A stretch of 60,329 nt of DNA from Bdellovibrionales bacterium (lineage in GTDB: Bacteria > Bdellovibrionota > UBA1018 > CAIMNF01): contig JBEIJY010000012.1 of NCBI GenBank assembly GCA_040380025.1, positions 1 through 60,329 on the forward strand, given 5' to 3'. Made by a program: the position numbers and the translations under genes. The notes beneath the pieces are model-generated. The model was not told the origin of the DNA and ran no database searches. It saw only the letters and a list, made by a program, of their open reading frames with translations. This document shows positions 30,935-40,664 of the stretch, piece by piece. Every line of letters starts with the position of its first letter. The first letter of the stretch is position 1.

Positions 30935-31438
30935 CTACACCGCCACAATCCGACCGGGCTCGCGCTCGTAAAGCCCGACCAGCTCCGCCGTGCCAATGAC
31001 GTGATTTCGAAGGGCCTCCAAAAAGGCCCAATAATCAGCACCCGGAGGAATGCCGAGCGGCGAGCGAAGCGCATACAATCGAAAATGATAATGATGAACC
31101 CCGTGCCCGACCGGCGGAAAGGGCCCGCCGTAGCCGGTTTTTCCGAAAGAATTCACCCCCTGATCGAGCGAAACCGGAATCAGCACCCGATCCTGCGCCA
31201 GAACTCCCTCGGGAAGCGCGCTCACGGACGGAGAAATGTTGTACACAATCCAGTGAATGAACGGTTTGTCCGAGACATTCCGCTTCGGAGCATCGGGATC
31301 CTCACAAACGATCGCAAAGCCCTTGCAACCCTTCGGCTCCCCGCTCCAACGAAGCGGCGGAGAGACGTTTTCTCCCGCGCCGGTGTAACGACGCGGAATC
31401 CACTGGCGATTCTCGAATGCGGTGCTGGTCAATTCCAT
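30935..31438 (-). CDS. YbhB/YbcL (PEBP/Raf kinase inhibitor-like) protein
   Basis: EDPDAP, FIHW, YGGPFPP, HHYHFRLYAL. Confidence 0.92.
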   Translation of the reverse strand: MELTSTAFENRQWIPRRYTGAGENVSPPLRWSGEPKGCKGFAIVCEDPDAPKRNVSDKPFIHWIVYNISPSVSALPEGVLAQDRVLIPVSLDQGVNSFGKTGYGGPFPPVGHGVHHYHFRLYALRSPLGIPPGADYWAFLEALRNHVIGTAELVGLYEREPGRIVAV

Positions 31439-31495
31439 GGTTTCCGGGTTCTCCCTTCCTCACAAAAGAAGAGAGAGCAGGAACCGTTCCAAGGC

Positions 31496-31801
31496 TTACT
31501 CTTTCGACAAAAGCCCGAGCAAAGCGTCCCTCGAGGCCGTGGCGAGGAAGGCGAGCTTCTTGACCCGGCTCATGCGCTTCAGGCGAGCCTCGATTCTGAG
31601 CGCCTCGGAGCGCGTGAATCCGTGATGGAGGAGCTTGATTTCTTTTGGCGGCGAGCGCCGGAAGAACTTCGCGGCCTTCTTCGGATCGCCGCGATGCTCT
31701 TCGAATCGACGCACCGGATCTGTCGTGATGCCGGCATAAAGATGCCCGTTTTCGGCCTCAATGAGATAAATCGACCACTCGCGATCCGTCGCTCCCGCCA
31801 T
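31496..31801 (-). CDS. GIY-YIG nuclease family protein (YhbQ-like)
   Basis: WSIYLIE...LYAGITTDPVRRFEEH...ALRIEARLK; likely ATG at 31801, since the upstream ORF extension is the repeat element. Confidence 0.85.
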   Translation of the reverse strand: MAGATDREWSIYLIEAENGHLYAGITTDPVRRFEEHRGDPKKAAKFFRRSPPKEIKLLHHGFTRSEALRIEARLKRMSRVKKLAFLATASRDALLGLLSKE

Positions 31802-31828
31802 GGAATCGAGAATACCGCGAAAGGATCC

Positions 31829-32029
31829 GAACGGATCCCTTTGATTGTTTTTTTTAAGGCGAGGAATGGGGAGAGGGTTCGGGAATGATTCGATTTTTGC
31901 CTCCGAGCCGCGTCCTGCGGCCTCGCTTTCGCGCATCACGCGCTCGCGAGAGTCGGCAAAAATCGAATCATTCCCGAACCCTCTCCCCATTCCTAGCCTT
32001 GCATCAAGCTCATTCAAAGAGTGTAGCCG
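31829..32029. repeat. Hairpin element copy E4 (~201 bp), between divergent genes
   Basis: 44-bp arms with 1 mismatch around the conserved core; CTTTGATTG ... CATTCAAAG termini. Confidence 0.92.
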
Positions 32030-32088
32030 GGAGACAATCCATTTTCGAAATCCCGATTCCTCATGCCGGATCGTGTTAGAGTCCCGAC

Positions 32089-33636
32089 ATGGATGACTCC
32101 GACCGTCTGCAAACAGCCCTGAAGCGCTTTGCGTTTTTGTCGCTCTTCGCCCTCGCCGTCACGGTGTTCATGGGAAAGCCCGAGGAGACCAGCCTCCAGG
32201 CCCTCGATTCCACCACTCACGCCACCATTGCGCTCGAAGTATCCAAAGGCGGGATTCTTCCGGTTCTTCCCATGCAGAACCTCTCCACCAATCTGCGTCC
32301 GGGCGGGCGCTTCAACGATCATCCCTTTCCGCTTTTTTATCTTTCCGGAAAAATCATGCGCGCCCTCGGCCCCGAGGCGTGGACCGCACGCCTTCTTCCT
32401 TGCCTGTTCTCGGCCGGATGCGTGCTCCTCCTTGCCTTGCTCGGAGCCGTCCTGTACACGCCCGCCTCGGGACTGGTGGCGGGGATCATCCTCCTGCTGA
32501 GCCGGGATTTCATCCTGATCGGTTCGCGCTTTCACCTCGACACTCCGATGATTTTTTTCATCCTGCTTTCGTTCTTTCTCTGGATCCGAAACATGCCCTT
32601 TTGGGCGGGCATCGCCGCCGGCCTCGGCCTCTGGATGAAAACACCGGTGACCTTTCTTTTGTACCCGTCCGTGTTTTTCGCCCTGCTCCTGACGGGCAAA
32701 CTCAGCCGCAAGGAGTTTTCGACTCTCACGAAAAGCGCAATGGTTGCGATCGCAACCGGTTCGCTGGTCTGGATCGCCACCGGTGCGATCGGTGGCTGGG
32801 ATCTCGTCCTCGACTACTGGAAGCGCCAGGTCTGGGGCACCGCCGTGGGCGGCCGGGGCGGGGGCGCGGTCGATCCGTGGATGCTTCCCGGAAGACTGAA
32901 GGCGAGTTTTCTTCCGTGGCTAGTGCTCCTGCTCGCCTCGCTCGGCGGCATTGTGCTCAAGAAGCGGTGGAACCGCGCCGAGGTGGCCCTGCCGTTCTCG
33001 GCGGCCCTCATCACGGGCCTCGTGATCTCCGCCATCCGATTCAAGTTTTACTGGTATTTCTTGCCGATTTTTCCGTTCCTGGCGCTTCTTTGCGTTGATC
33101 CGCTCGCGGGTTTCCTCGAGCGAAAGAAAATCGCCGTGTATTCGGCCCTGATCGCGCTCGGCCTTGCCGTTCCCTCTTTTCTTCTTGCCGTGCCGGTTCC
33201 GCTCGGCCCCGAAAACTTTCCGGCGCTCCGGAAATTCGAACCCTTCATCCAATCGTACGGCACTGCCGCGGACCGGGTGTTCTTCGTCGATGGAGGCCAG
33301 AAGTTCGGGGGGGATCTGGATCATCTCTACGAGCTCCAGTTCTACACCGGTCGCTCGATTCTTCAGGGCGACTGCAAAACTTCCGATGAGCTGATCTTGC
33401 GCCACAGGCCCGAGTGGGTCTTCGGATCGGGCGCGAATCTTTCTCTTTGCCTGAAGGAGTCGACCCGGGCCCTGTATCCGGTGAGCTACCGATACGGAGG
33501 ACAACACCTCCTTTCGCGGATCATTCCCAGAGATCAAGCGACCGATCTGACTCCGCTTCGGCTTGAGCTGAAGGCCCCGCTCGATGGCGTTCCCGTCGCC
33601 CTTCCACACGATCCGTATTTTGTGCCGGCCGAGTGA
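32089..33636 (+). CDS. ArnT/PMT-like (GT39-type) membrane glycosyltransferase
   Basis: Multiple TM segments; DHPFPLFY, ARLLP, LDTP, GLWMK motifs. Confidence 0.8.
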   Translation: MDDSDRLQTALKRFAFLSLFALAVTVFMGKPEETSLQALDSTTHATIALEVSKGGILPVLPMQNLSTNLRPGGRFNDHPFPLFYLSGKIMRALGPEAWTARLLPCLFSAGCVLLLALLGAVLYTPASGLVAGIILLLSRDFILIGSRFHLDTPMIFFILLSFFLWIRNMPFWAGIAAGLGLWMKTPVTFLLYPSVFFALLLTGKLSRKEFSTLTKSAMVAIATGSLVWIATGAIGGWDLVLDYWKRQVWGTAVGGRGGGAVDPWMLPGRLKASFLPWLVLLLASLGGIVLKKRWNRAEVALPFSAALITGLVISAIRFKFYWYFLPIFPFLALLCVDPLAGFLERKKIAVYSALIALGLAVPSFLLAVPVPLGPENFPALRKFEPFIQSYGTAADRVFFVDGGQKFGGDLDHLYELQFYTGRSILQGDCKTSDELILRHRPEWVFGSGANLSLCLKESTRALYPVSYRYGGQHLLSRIIPRDQATDLTPLRLELKAPLDGVPVALPHDPYFVPAE

Positions 33637-33646
33637 GCATTCCGGC

Positions 33647-34510
33647 CTATCCGGCTTTTTTCCGGAACTCCTCGATGGTCTCGGAAAGCCGGTTTGCGAC
33701 CTCGATGAGACGCCGGTGCTCATCGTTCTTTCGGAGCCGGAAGCGGGGATTTTCTCCGCGAAGAAGCGCCTCGACGTGCCGCTCGAAGGCGTAGAGCGCT
33801 CCGGCGCTCCGGTGCGAGATCACCACGCCCGAAAAAAACGCGATCGCCGTGAATACGAGACCCAAGGCGCCTCCGCTCAAGAACAGGGCCATGGATTGTG
33901 GAAAGGGCACGCCGAGCGAACGCATGCTGGTGAACATGAACAGGTTCAGGATCAGCATCATGCTGAACGCGATCAGGGACAGCAAAAACGCGGCGCGAAT
34001 CTGAAACACCCGATCGATCAAAAACTTCTGCCTCCGCGACCGGTCACGCCAGATGACCTGTTGATTCCGGAACACGAGGAACAGCACCCCCGCCATTCCG
34101 ACCCACATGAAGCAATCTGCAAGATTGAAGTACACGATCTGCGACCCGGACCGGATCAGGATGAAATCGGATACGGCCCCTTGGAACGCGCGATCCCAGG
34201 CATTGCCAGAAATGGAACCGAAAAAGATACTGACCGAGGCATGAAGGCCCCGCACCTCACGGGGAAGGAACCAGCTCAGAAAGCAGTACCCGAAAAACAA
34301 AAACCCGTAGAGGCTGCAAACGAAAACAACGCGGGCGAAGGGATTCACATCCGCGAACGTTTCGAGGATGAATCCCGGATTCACCCGATCCGCGAACTCG
34401 AAGGGCCCGAACGATCCCAGACGGACGAAAAAAGCCACGTTCGCCTTCGCGATCCGGTCGATCCCGAAGGTGAGTCCGAGAATGCAGAGTTGCATCCAGA
34501 ATGTTCTCAA
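33647..34510 (-). CDS. Signal peptidase II-like protein with C-terminal TM/HAMP-like extension
   Basis: NPG, GNAWDR, VSDFI, FNLADC motifs of LspA; then two TMs and HRSAGALYAFER...RLRKND. Confidence 0.7.
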   Translation of the reverse strand: MRTFWMQLCILGLTFGIDRIAKANVAFFVRLGSFGPFEFADRVNPGFILETFADVNPFARVVFVCSLYGFLFFGYCFLSWFLPREVRGLHASVSIFFGSISGNAWDRAFQGAVSDFILIRSGSQIVYFNLADCFMWVGMAGVLFLVFRNQQVIWRDRSRRQKFLIDRVFQIRAAFLLSLIAFSMMLILNLFMFTSMRSLGVPFPQSMALFLSGGALGLVFTAIAFFSGVVISHRSAGALYAFERHVEALLRGENPRFRLRKNDEHRRLIEVANRLSETIEEFRKKAG

Positions 34511-34606
34511 AGCCCGCGCCTCCTCCCTGACTGTTCGGCGAAGGTACGAATTCCCTTGAGGGGCACGGGTAAACGGGACCGGGTCAACGGGAACGGATGA
34601 CGGCCG

Positions 34607-35224
34607 TCACTTTCCTGTCGCGCCCCACTTCACTCGGGCGAGAGCGTCAAAAAAGAACGGATCAATCGGGGCGATCGCACCGCGGAAGTACCGGAGGGCA
34701 AGGCGGGAGATCCCCATCTCGGAACGCAGGCAGGCATCTTCGACGCGACCCATGCGCGCCAGAATCCGGCGATGGGCGGGCGTACCCTCAGCCGCCTCCT
34801 TCAGCTGATCCTCCAGTCGATGGAGCTCATGGACCCGCAGGGCGAGCTTCGGCTCCATGGCTTCAATGCGGCCCGATACCGCAGCAAGGGATTTCTCGGG
34901 AAGGGCTCGCGCAGCCAGCTCTTTCGCGGCCGTTTTCATCATTTCCAGAATCAGCCCCGGAAGCACCTCCGTGCCGACCTCGACATCGACCCACTTCTCG
35001 GTGGTCGAAAGGTTCGAGACGAAAATCTCGATGACCACGAATCCGGGCCGGTCCTCGGTGAGATTCAGGACTTGCAGGAATTTTCCGGCGAGTTTGCGGG
35101 AATGGGCGACGATCGACACCGAATCAGCAGAGGATTCCAGCACCGAGGCCTCGAAACCCGCACGGACGATGTTTTTTTTGACGGAGGAAAGGACGGAAGA
35201 AAAAGTGGAACTGCTTCGTTTCAT
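34607..35224 (-). CDS. Hypothetical protein
   Basis: ORF 34607..35290, likely start MKRSSS at 35224. Confidence 0.55.
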   Translation of the reverse strand: MKRSSSTFSSVLSSVKKNIVRAGFEASVLESSADSVSIVAHSRKLAGKFLQVLNLTEDRPGFVVIEIFVSNLSTTEKWVDVEVGTEVLPGLILEMMKTAAKELAARALPEKSLAAVSGRIEAMEPKLALRVHELHRLEDQLKEAAEGTPAHRRILARMGRVEDACLRSEMGISRLALRYFRGAIAPIDPFFFDALARVKWGATGK

Positions 35225-35322
35225 GGTCGAGACCATATCCGGTTTCGGTTGCGGAGTCAGGAGAAATCCCATGCTTCGCCCTCTTTCCAATCGTTCCCGT
35301 ATCGCGGTACAATCAAAACAAC

Positions 35323-36258
35323 ATGTCGGACCAACGAAAACCGAACGACCGGACCCGGATTCTCGGAACCGATCAGGAAACCATCAACCGGGAGCTCGAA
35401 AGAGCCAAGGAACAACCCCCGTGCCTGATCCTGATCCGGGGGACTCCCCAAGGACATCGTTTTTTCATCACCTCAAGCGAAATGATCGTGGGTCGGGATC
35501 CCAACGCGGAAATCTCGATTGCCGATTCCTCCGTATCAAGAAAGCATGCGCGGATCATTCAGGCCCAGGACGGGTCTGTCGCGATCGAGGATCTCGGCTC
35601 CTCGAACGGAACCTCCGTGAACGGAAAAAAAATCGCTCCGAACCAGCAAATTGTGCTCGCAAAAGAAGACCTGATCCAACTCGGAAATACGATTGTGAAA
35701 TACCTGCCGGCCGGGGAGATCGAGATTCTTTTTTACGGAAACCTGAACCAGGCCGCGAACACCGATCCCCTCACCCGATGCTTCAACAAGGGATATTTTC
35801 TCGAAGTGATCGAAGCCGAATTCAAACGTTCCAAAGCACTGCTGACCCCTTTGAGCCTGATCTTCCTGGATCTCGATCACTTCAAAAAAGTGAACGATAC
35901 CCACGGCCACGAAGGAGGAGACGCCGTCCTGAAGAACTTCGCGAATCTGGTCCGCGGGACCGCGGTTCTCGAAACCAACAAGGACATCTTCGCGCGCTAC
36001 GGCGGCGAGGAATTCTGCATTCTTCTTCCTTCGGTGGTGCTTGCCGATGCGGCCAAGCGCGCAGAACAGATCCGGGGCAAGGTCCAGCTCCATGAATTCC
36101 GTCATGACGGGACACGGATTCCCGTCACCTCAAGTCTTGGCGTTGCGGAACTCACACCTGAGATGGAATCCGCAAGCGATCTCATCAAGGCGGCGGACCG
36201 GGCACTATATGAATCCAAGAACGGGGGGCGGAACCGGGTCACGGTTTCCCGTGGATAA
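35323..36258 (+). CDS. FHA-GGDEF diguanylate cyclase (Bdellovibrio DgcB-like)
   Basis: N-terminal tail with Thr (DRTRIL); FHA motifs GR, SVSRKHA, SSNGT; DLDHFKKVND and YGGEEF. Confidence 0.9.
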   Translation: MSDQRKPNDRTRILGTDQETINRELERAKEQPPCLILIRGTPQGHRFFITSSEMIVGRDPNAEISIADSSVSRKHARIIQAQDGSVAIEDLGSSNGTSVNGKKIAPNQQIVLAKEDLIQLGNTIVKYLPAGEIEILFYGNLNQAANTDPLTRCFNKGYFLEVIEAEFKRSKALLTPLSLIFLDLDHFKKVNDTHGHEGGDAVLKNFANLVRGTAVLETNKDIFARYGGEEFCILLPSVVLADAAKRAEQIRGKVQLHEFRHDGTRIPVTSSLGVAELTPEMESASDLIKAADRALYESKNGGRNRVTVSRG

Positions 36259-36286
36259 GCGCGTTTTTTTCGGTTAAACCCTCTCC

Positions 36287-38077
36287 ATGTCGAAAATCCG
36301 CATTCTCCCCCCCCTGATCGCCGAGCGCATCGCCGCGGGCGAAGTGATCGAGCGTCCTGCGAGCGCCGTCAAGGAGCTTTGCGAGAACGCGATCGACGCG
36401 GGCGCCACCTCGATCGAGGTGCGGATCAAAAAAGGCGGAACCGACCTGATCGAAATCCTCGATAACGGATCAGGAATGGATCGCGCGGACCTTGAGGTGT
36501 GCATCGGCCGGCATGCGACGAGCAAGATTCGCGAGTTCGACGACCTGACCCGCTTGGGGACTCTCGGATTCCGCGGAGAGGCACTTCCGAGCATCGCTTC
36601 GGTTTCGGAGCTTTCGATCGCCTCGCGCGCCAAAGGGAGCGACGAGACCCATGAGATCCGGCTTGCCCATGGAGTCGCGAATCAGGTGTCTGCGGCACGG
36701 ATCGCGAACATTGCATTTCCCGGTGCGCCTCACGGCACACGGGTGCGGGTGGCTTCGCTGTTCTCGCAGGTGCCGGCGCGTCTGAAATTTCTGAAAAGCC
36801 CGGGCGCCGAGTCCAGCGCCGTGCGCGACATTCTCGAGCGCCTGGCCCTGGCCCGCCCCGATGTGCGCTTTCAGCTCGAGACCGAAGGGCGCACGGTGCT
36901 TGAGCTTCCCGCAGAGAGCCTTCGGGAGCGCGCGGTGCGGATGCTCTCGAACGACAATCCGTTTGATGCGAAGGAATTCAAGATCGAAGGCTCATATGGC
37001 ATTCATGTCATCTGGCTGAAAGGCCTGAGCCTTCCCCACACCCGCTCGATGATCCAGATCGTGAACGGGCGCGCGATCCGGGATCGAACGCTTCAGATGG
37101 CGATCCTGAATCCGCTCCGGCAATCCTTTTTACCGGGCAATTATCCTGCTTGCGTGGTGAATCTTGAAGTTCCGGCATCGGATCTCGACGTGAACGCGCA
37201 TCCCTCCAAAACCGAGATCCGCTTTCTTGATTCGGGCAAGATCTTTGCCCTCTGTTCGGCCGCGTTTCAGCACATTCTGGACGAAGAACGGATTCCTGCG
37301 CCGGCGCACTCCGGCGGATTCGGCGCTTCCTCGTGGATGCTCGAAGGCGGACGATCCTCGGGAGATCGAAGTTTCCCCACTGCTGGATTCTCTGCCGGAT
37401 TCTCTGCCGAATTCTCGCCGCCCCTGCCCGGCATGGGCGCTTCTCAACCCCGCGAGTTCACGCCCGCTCTTTCGTTCGACGAGAACCCGCTCGGGGAATT
37501 CCGGGGCACGCTGTTTTCGACCTACTTTGTCTTCGAGAGGGGCGACGAGCTCACGCTCATCGATCAGCATGCGGCCCACGAGCGGATCCGCTATGAAAAG
37601 CTGAAGGCAGGAATTCTCAGAAACGAAACCATCGAGACGCAAATCCTGCTCGTGCCCGAAGTGGTGAAGCTCCCCGCGGAATCGCTTGCCGAGATCGAGC
37701 CGAAACTTCCGGTTCTTTGCGCACTCGGCTTCGATGCCGCGGTCTTCGGGGGCGAAGCGGTGCTGTTTCGCGCCGTCCCGGCCGTATGGGGGAACCGTGC
37801 GCTCACCGAGCGCCTGAAAAACCTGCTCGAGCGGCTTTTCGTCGCCGAAATCGATGCCGAGTCGCTCGTCTGGGACGAGACCCTGTTCGAAAAAATCGCG
37901 ATGGAGGCCTGCCGCTCGTCCTTCAAGGCGGGCGACATGATCGATCCGATTCCGGCGATCGATCTGACCCGCAAGCTCTATCAGTGCGAACACCCGGGGA
38001 ACTGCCCGCACGGCAGACCCACTGCGATCCGGATCGCGAAATCAAAGGTCGAAGAATGGTTCAGTCGATTGTCCTGA
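36287..38077 (+). CDS. mutL: DNA mismatch repair protein MutL
   Basis: IAAGEVIERP, GFRGEAL, DQHAAHER, CPHGRP. Confidence 0.97.
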   Translation: MSKIRILPPLIAERIAAGEVIERPASAVKELCENAIDAGATSIEVRIKKGGTDLIEILDNGSGMDRADLEVCIGRHATSKIREFDDLTRLGTLGFRGEALPSIASVSELSIASRAKGSDETHEIRLAHGVANQVSAARIANIAFPGAPHGTRVRVASLFSQVPARLKFLKSPGAESSAVRDILERLALARPDVRFQLETEGRTVLELPAESLRERAVRMLSNDNPFDAKEFKIEGSYGIHVIWLKGLSLPHTRSMIQIVNGRAIRDRTLQMAILNPLRQSFLPGNYPACVVNLEVPASDLDVNAHPSKTEIRFLDSGKIFALCSAAFQHILDEERIPAPAHSGGFGASSWMLEGGRSSGDRSFPTAGFSAGFSAEFSPPLPGMGASQPREFTPALSFDENPLGEFRGTLFSTYFVFERGDELTLIDQHAAHERIRYEKLKAGILRNETIETQILLVPEVVKLPAESLAEIEPKLPVLCALGFDAAVFGGEAVLFRAVPAVWGNRALTERLKNLLERLFVAEIDAESLVWDETLFEKIAMEACRSSFKAGDMIDPIPAIDLTRKLYQCEHPGNCPHGRPTAIRIAKSKVEEWFSRLS

Positions 38078-38973
38078 CCGGCCCCACCGCGGTCGGAAAA
38101 ACCAGTCTTGCCTTGCAGATCGCGCGCACGCTCGGGCTTGAGATCGTGAACGCCGACACGGTCTGTTTTTACCGGCACTTCGACATCGGCTCGGCAAAAC
38201 CCTCTGAACTCGAGCAAAACGAAATCCCCCACCATCTGATCGACGTGGCCGATCCGCTCGAGAACTATCACGCCGGAAGATTCCTTTCGGATTGCAAGAA
38301 GGCCCTCGCAGAAATCCATTCGCGGGGAAAACGCGCGCTCATCGTGGGCGGAAGCGGCTTTTACCTGAAAGTGCTCCGCTACGGAATGTGGGATGCACCG
38401 GCGGGTTCGCCGGAATTCCGCGCGGAGTTGCAGGGTGTTCCGCTCGAGGAGCTGTTCTTGAGACTGCAGGCGCAGGATCCCGTACATGCGCAAAAAATCG
38501 GAGCGAACGACCGCTACCGGCTTGTCCGCGCGCTCGAGATTCTGGCGCTCTCCGAAAAAAAACCCTCCGAGCTCGAGTCCGGAATGAGCCGGACGCCTGA
38601 TCCGGCATTCCGGCTTTTTGTCGTCGACCGCGAGAAAACAGCGCTCGAAGAGAGAATGCTCGTGCGGATCCGCGCCATGCTCGACCGCGGCTGGATCGAG
38701 GAGACCCGCGTGCTCCGCGAAAAATTCCCGGGCTCGCGAATCCTCCGCTCGGTCGGCTACGCCCAGATCCTCGATCATCTCGACGGGGTCAAGCCGCAAG
38801 GTCGAAAGCTCCGGCCCGGAACCGCGGGCCTCATCGACGAGATCACCCTTGCCCACCACCAGCTCGCCAAACAACAACGGACGTGGTTTAAAAGCCTCGA
38901 ACCCGATGCGATTTTCACCCTCGATCGGGACGAAGCTGTGATACAAGAAAAAATACTGAAAACGTATCAGTAA
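38056..38973 (+). CDS. miaA: tRNA dimethylallyltransferase
   Basis: GPTAVGKT, DIGSAKP, VGGSGFY, LAKQQRTWF; ATG at 38056. Confidence 0.95.
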   Translation: MVQSIVLTGPTAVGKTSLALQIARTLGLEIVNADTVCFYRHFDIGSAKPSELEQNEIPHHLIDVADPLENYHAGRFLSDCKKALAEIHSRGKRALIVGGSGFYLKVLRYGMWDAPAGSPEFRAELQGVPLEELFLRLQAQDPVHAQKIGANDRYRLVRALEILALSEKKPSELESGMSRTPDPAFRLFVVDREKTALEERMLVRIRAMLDRGWIEETRVLREKFPGSRILRSVGYAQILDHLDGVKPQGRKLRPGTAGLIDEITLAHHQLAKQQRTWFKSLEPDAIFTLDRDEAVIQEKILKTYQ

Positions 38974-39033
38974 AGATCACAAGACCTTTGGATTCCGATC
39001 GGGTATCCATGGGTTTTCAAGGGAGAAATCACC

Positions 39034-39969
39034 ATGGCACGAGGGGACAAAATCTGGATCAACGGAACCATTCTCGGTGTGGAAGAGTCGAAAGTCAGCC
39101 TCTTCACCCATGCTCTTCATTATGGCACCGGCGCGTTCGAAGGAATCCGCGCCTACCGCCAGAAGAAGGGCGGCGGGGCCGTATTCCGTCTTCGCGAACA
39201 CATGGAGCGTCTTCAGGACTCGATGAAGATCATGGGGTTTGAGATCCCCTACTCGGTCGACCAGATGGTCGAGGCCGCGATCGAGGCATGCAAGGCAAAC
39301 CGCTTCGAGGAGTGCTACATCCGTCCGATCGCCTACATCGGCGACGGCCCGCTCGGCGTGTTCCCGGGCGCGAATCCCAAGATCGAACTCGCCATCCTGA
39401 CCTGGGAATGGGGCAGCTATCTTGGCGACAAGGGCGTGAACGAGGGCGCGCGCCTGAAGGTCTCGACCTTCGTGCGGCCGCATGTGAACAGCGCCATGAC
39501 CAAAGGAAAGATCACCGGCGGATATGTGACCGGAGTGGTCTCGAAGCGCGAGGCGATCACCCAAGGCTACGATGAGGCCCTCATGCTCGATCACGAAGGG
39601 TACATGACTGAGGGAACCGGCGAGAACCTGTTCATCATCAAGGACGGCGTGATCAAGACCACCCAGCTCACTTCGATCCTGAACGGCATCACCCGGAACA
39701 CCGTGCTCACGATGCTCCGGAAGATGGATCTGTCCGTGATCGAAACCCGCTTCACCCGCGACGAGCTGTACTGCGCGGACGAGGTGTTTTTGACCGGAAC
39801 CGCGGCGGAAATCACGCCCGTTTCGTCGGTCGACGACCGCAAGATCGGCCGTGGTCCGGATGCGGGAAAACCCGGCCCCCTCACCCGTCGCATCCAGAAG
39901 ACCTATGCGGATCTCGTCCGTGGCGAACTCGGCGGACTCCCCGAAGAATGGCTCACTCCGATCCGCTGA
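39034..39969 (+). CDS. ilvE: Branched-chain amino acid aminotransferase
   Basis: HALHYG, FEGIRAY, EGTGENLF, LTGTAAEI. Confidence 0.95.
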   Translation: MARGDKIWINGTILGVEESKVSLFTHALHYGTGAFEGIRAYRQKKGGGAVFRLREHMERLQDSMKIMGFEIPYSVDQMVEAAIEACKANRFEECYIRPIAYIGDGPLGVFPGANPKIELAILTWEWGSYLGDKGVNEGARLKVSTFVRPHVNSAMTKGKITGGYVTGVVSKREAITQGYDEALMLDHEGYMTEGTGENLFIIKDGVIKTTQLTSILNGITRNTVLTMLRKMDLSVIETRFTRDELYCADEVFLTGTAAEITPVSSVDDRKIGRGPDAGKPGPLTRRIQKTYADLVRGELGGLPEEWLTPIR

Positions 39970-40664
39970 ACCCACCCTATCGGATCTTGTTCGAGGATCA
40001 GCATCTTGCGGTCCTCTCGAAAGACCCGGGGCTTCTCTCGCAAGGAGATGCCTCCGGTGATCCCTCACTGGTCGATCTTTTGCGGACCCGCTTCGGGCGA
40101 CAATATGTCGGGCTCGTGCATCGTCTTGATCGCAACACGAGCGGCCTCATGGTCGTCGCGAAACGCTCGAAAAGCGCGGAGCGACTCACGAACCAACTGC
40201 AATCGGGCGAGCTCGAACGTCGCTACCATGCGATTCTTTTCGGCTCATTTGAATCGAATGAGCCCCGACGCTGGGAACACCTGATGCTGAAGAACCTGAA
40301 CACGAATGAGGTCCGGATCGTGACCCGTCCGGTCCCGGGCGCGAAGATCGCAATTCTCGAGATGACTCCGGTTCTCGGGTTCCCGCATCCTTCGACGGGG
40401 GATCTCCTGACTCTTGCCCGATTCACGCTCGAGACCGGGCGATCCCATCAGATCCGCGCCCAGGCGCTGGCGATGAATCATCCCCTGATCGGCGATCAAA
40501 AGTACGGCACGCCGAAAAGCGCGGGCCTCTTCCACCGTCCCGCCCTGCATTCGTGTTTTCTTTCGTTCTCGCATCCGATGTCGAAGGAACGACTCGAGTT
40601 CTCGGAGAATCTCGCCCCCGACATGGAAGAGCTTCTGCCCGCATCCCGAAGGAGCCTTGATTGA
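39948..40664 (+). CDS. RluA-family pseudouridine synthase
   Basis: HRLDRNTSG, TGRSHQIR, GDQKYG. Confidence 0.92.
   Translation: MAHSDPLNPPYRILFEDQHLAVLSKDPGLLSQGDASGDPSLVDLLRTRFGRQYVGLVHRLDRNTSGLMVVAKRSKSAERLTNQLQSGELERRYHAILFGSFESNEPRRWEHLMLKNLNTNEVRIVTRPVPGAKIAILEMTPVLGFPHPSTGDLLTLARFTLETGRSHQIRAQALAMNHPLIGDQKYGTPKSAGLFHRPALHSCFLSFSHPMSKERLEFSENLAPDMEELLPASRRSLD

Noticed and set aside
31802..32017. N-terminal extension of the GIY-YIG ORF in the ORF track
   Set aside because: It is a translation of element E4; the nuclease domain starts near 31801.
37381..37416. 12-bp tandem repeat in mutL (AGFS/AGFS/AEFS)
   Set aside because: In-frame microduplication in the variable MutL linker, with no evidence of phase variation.
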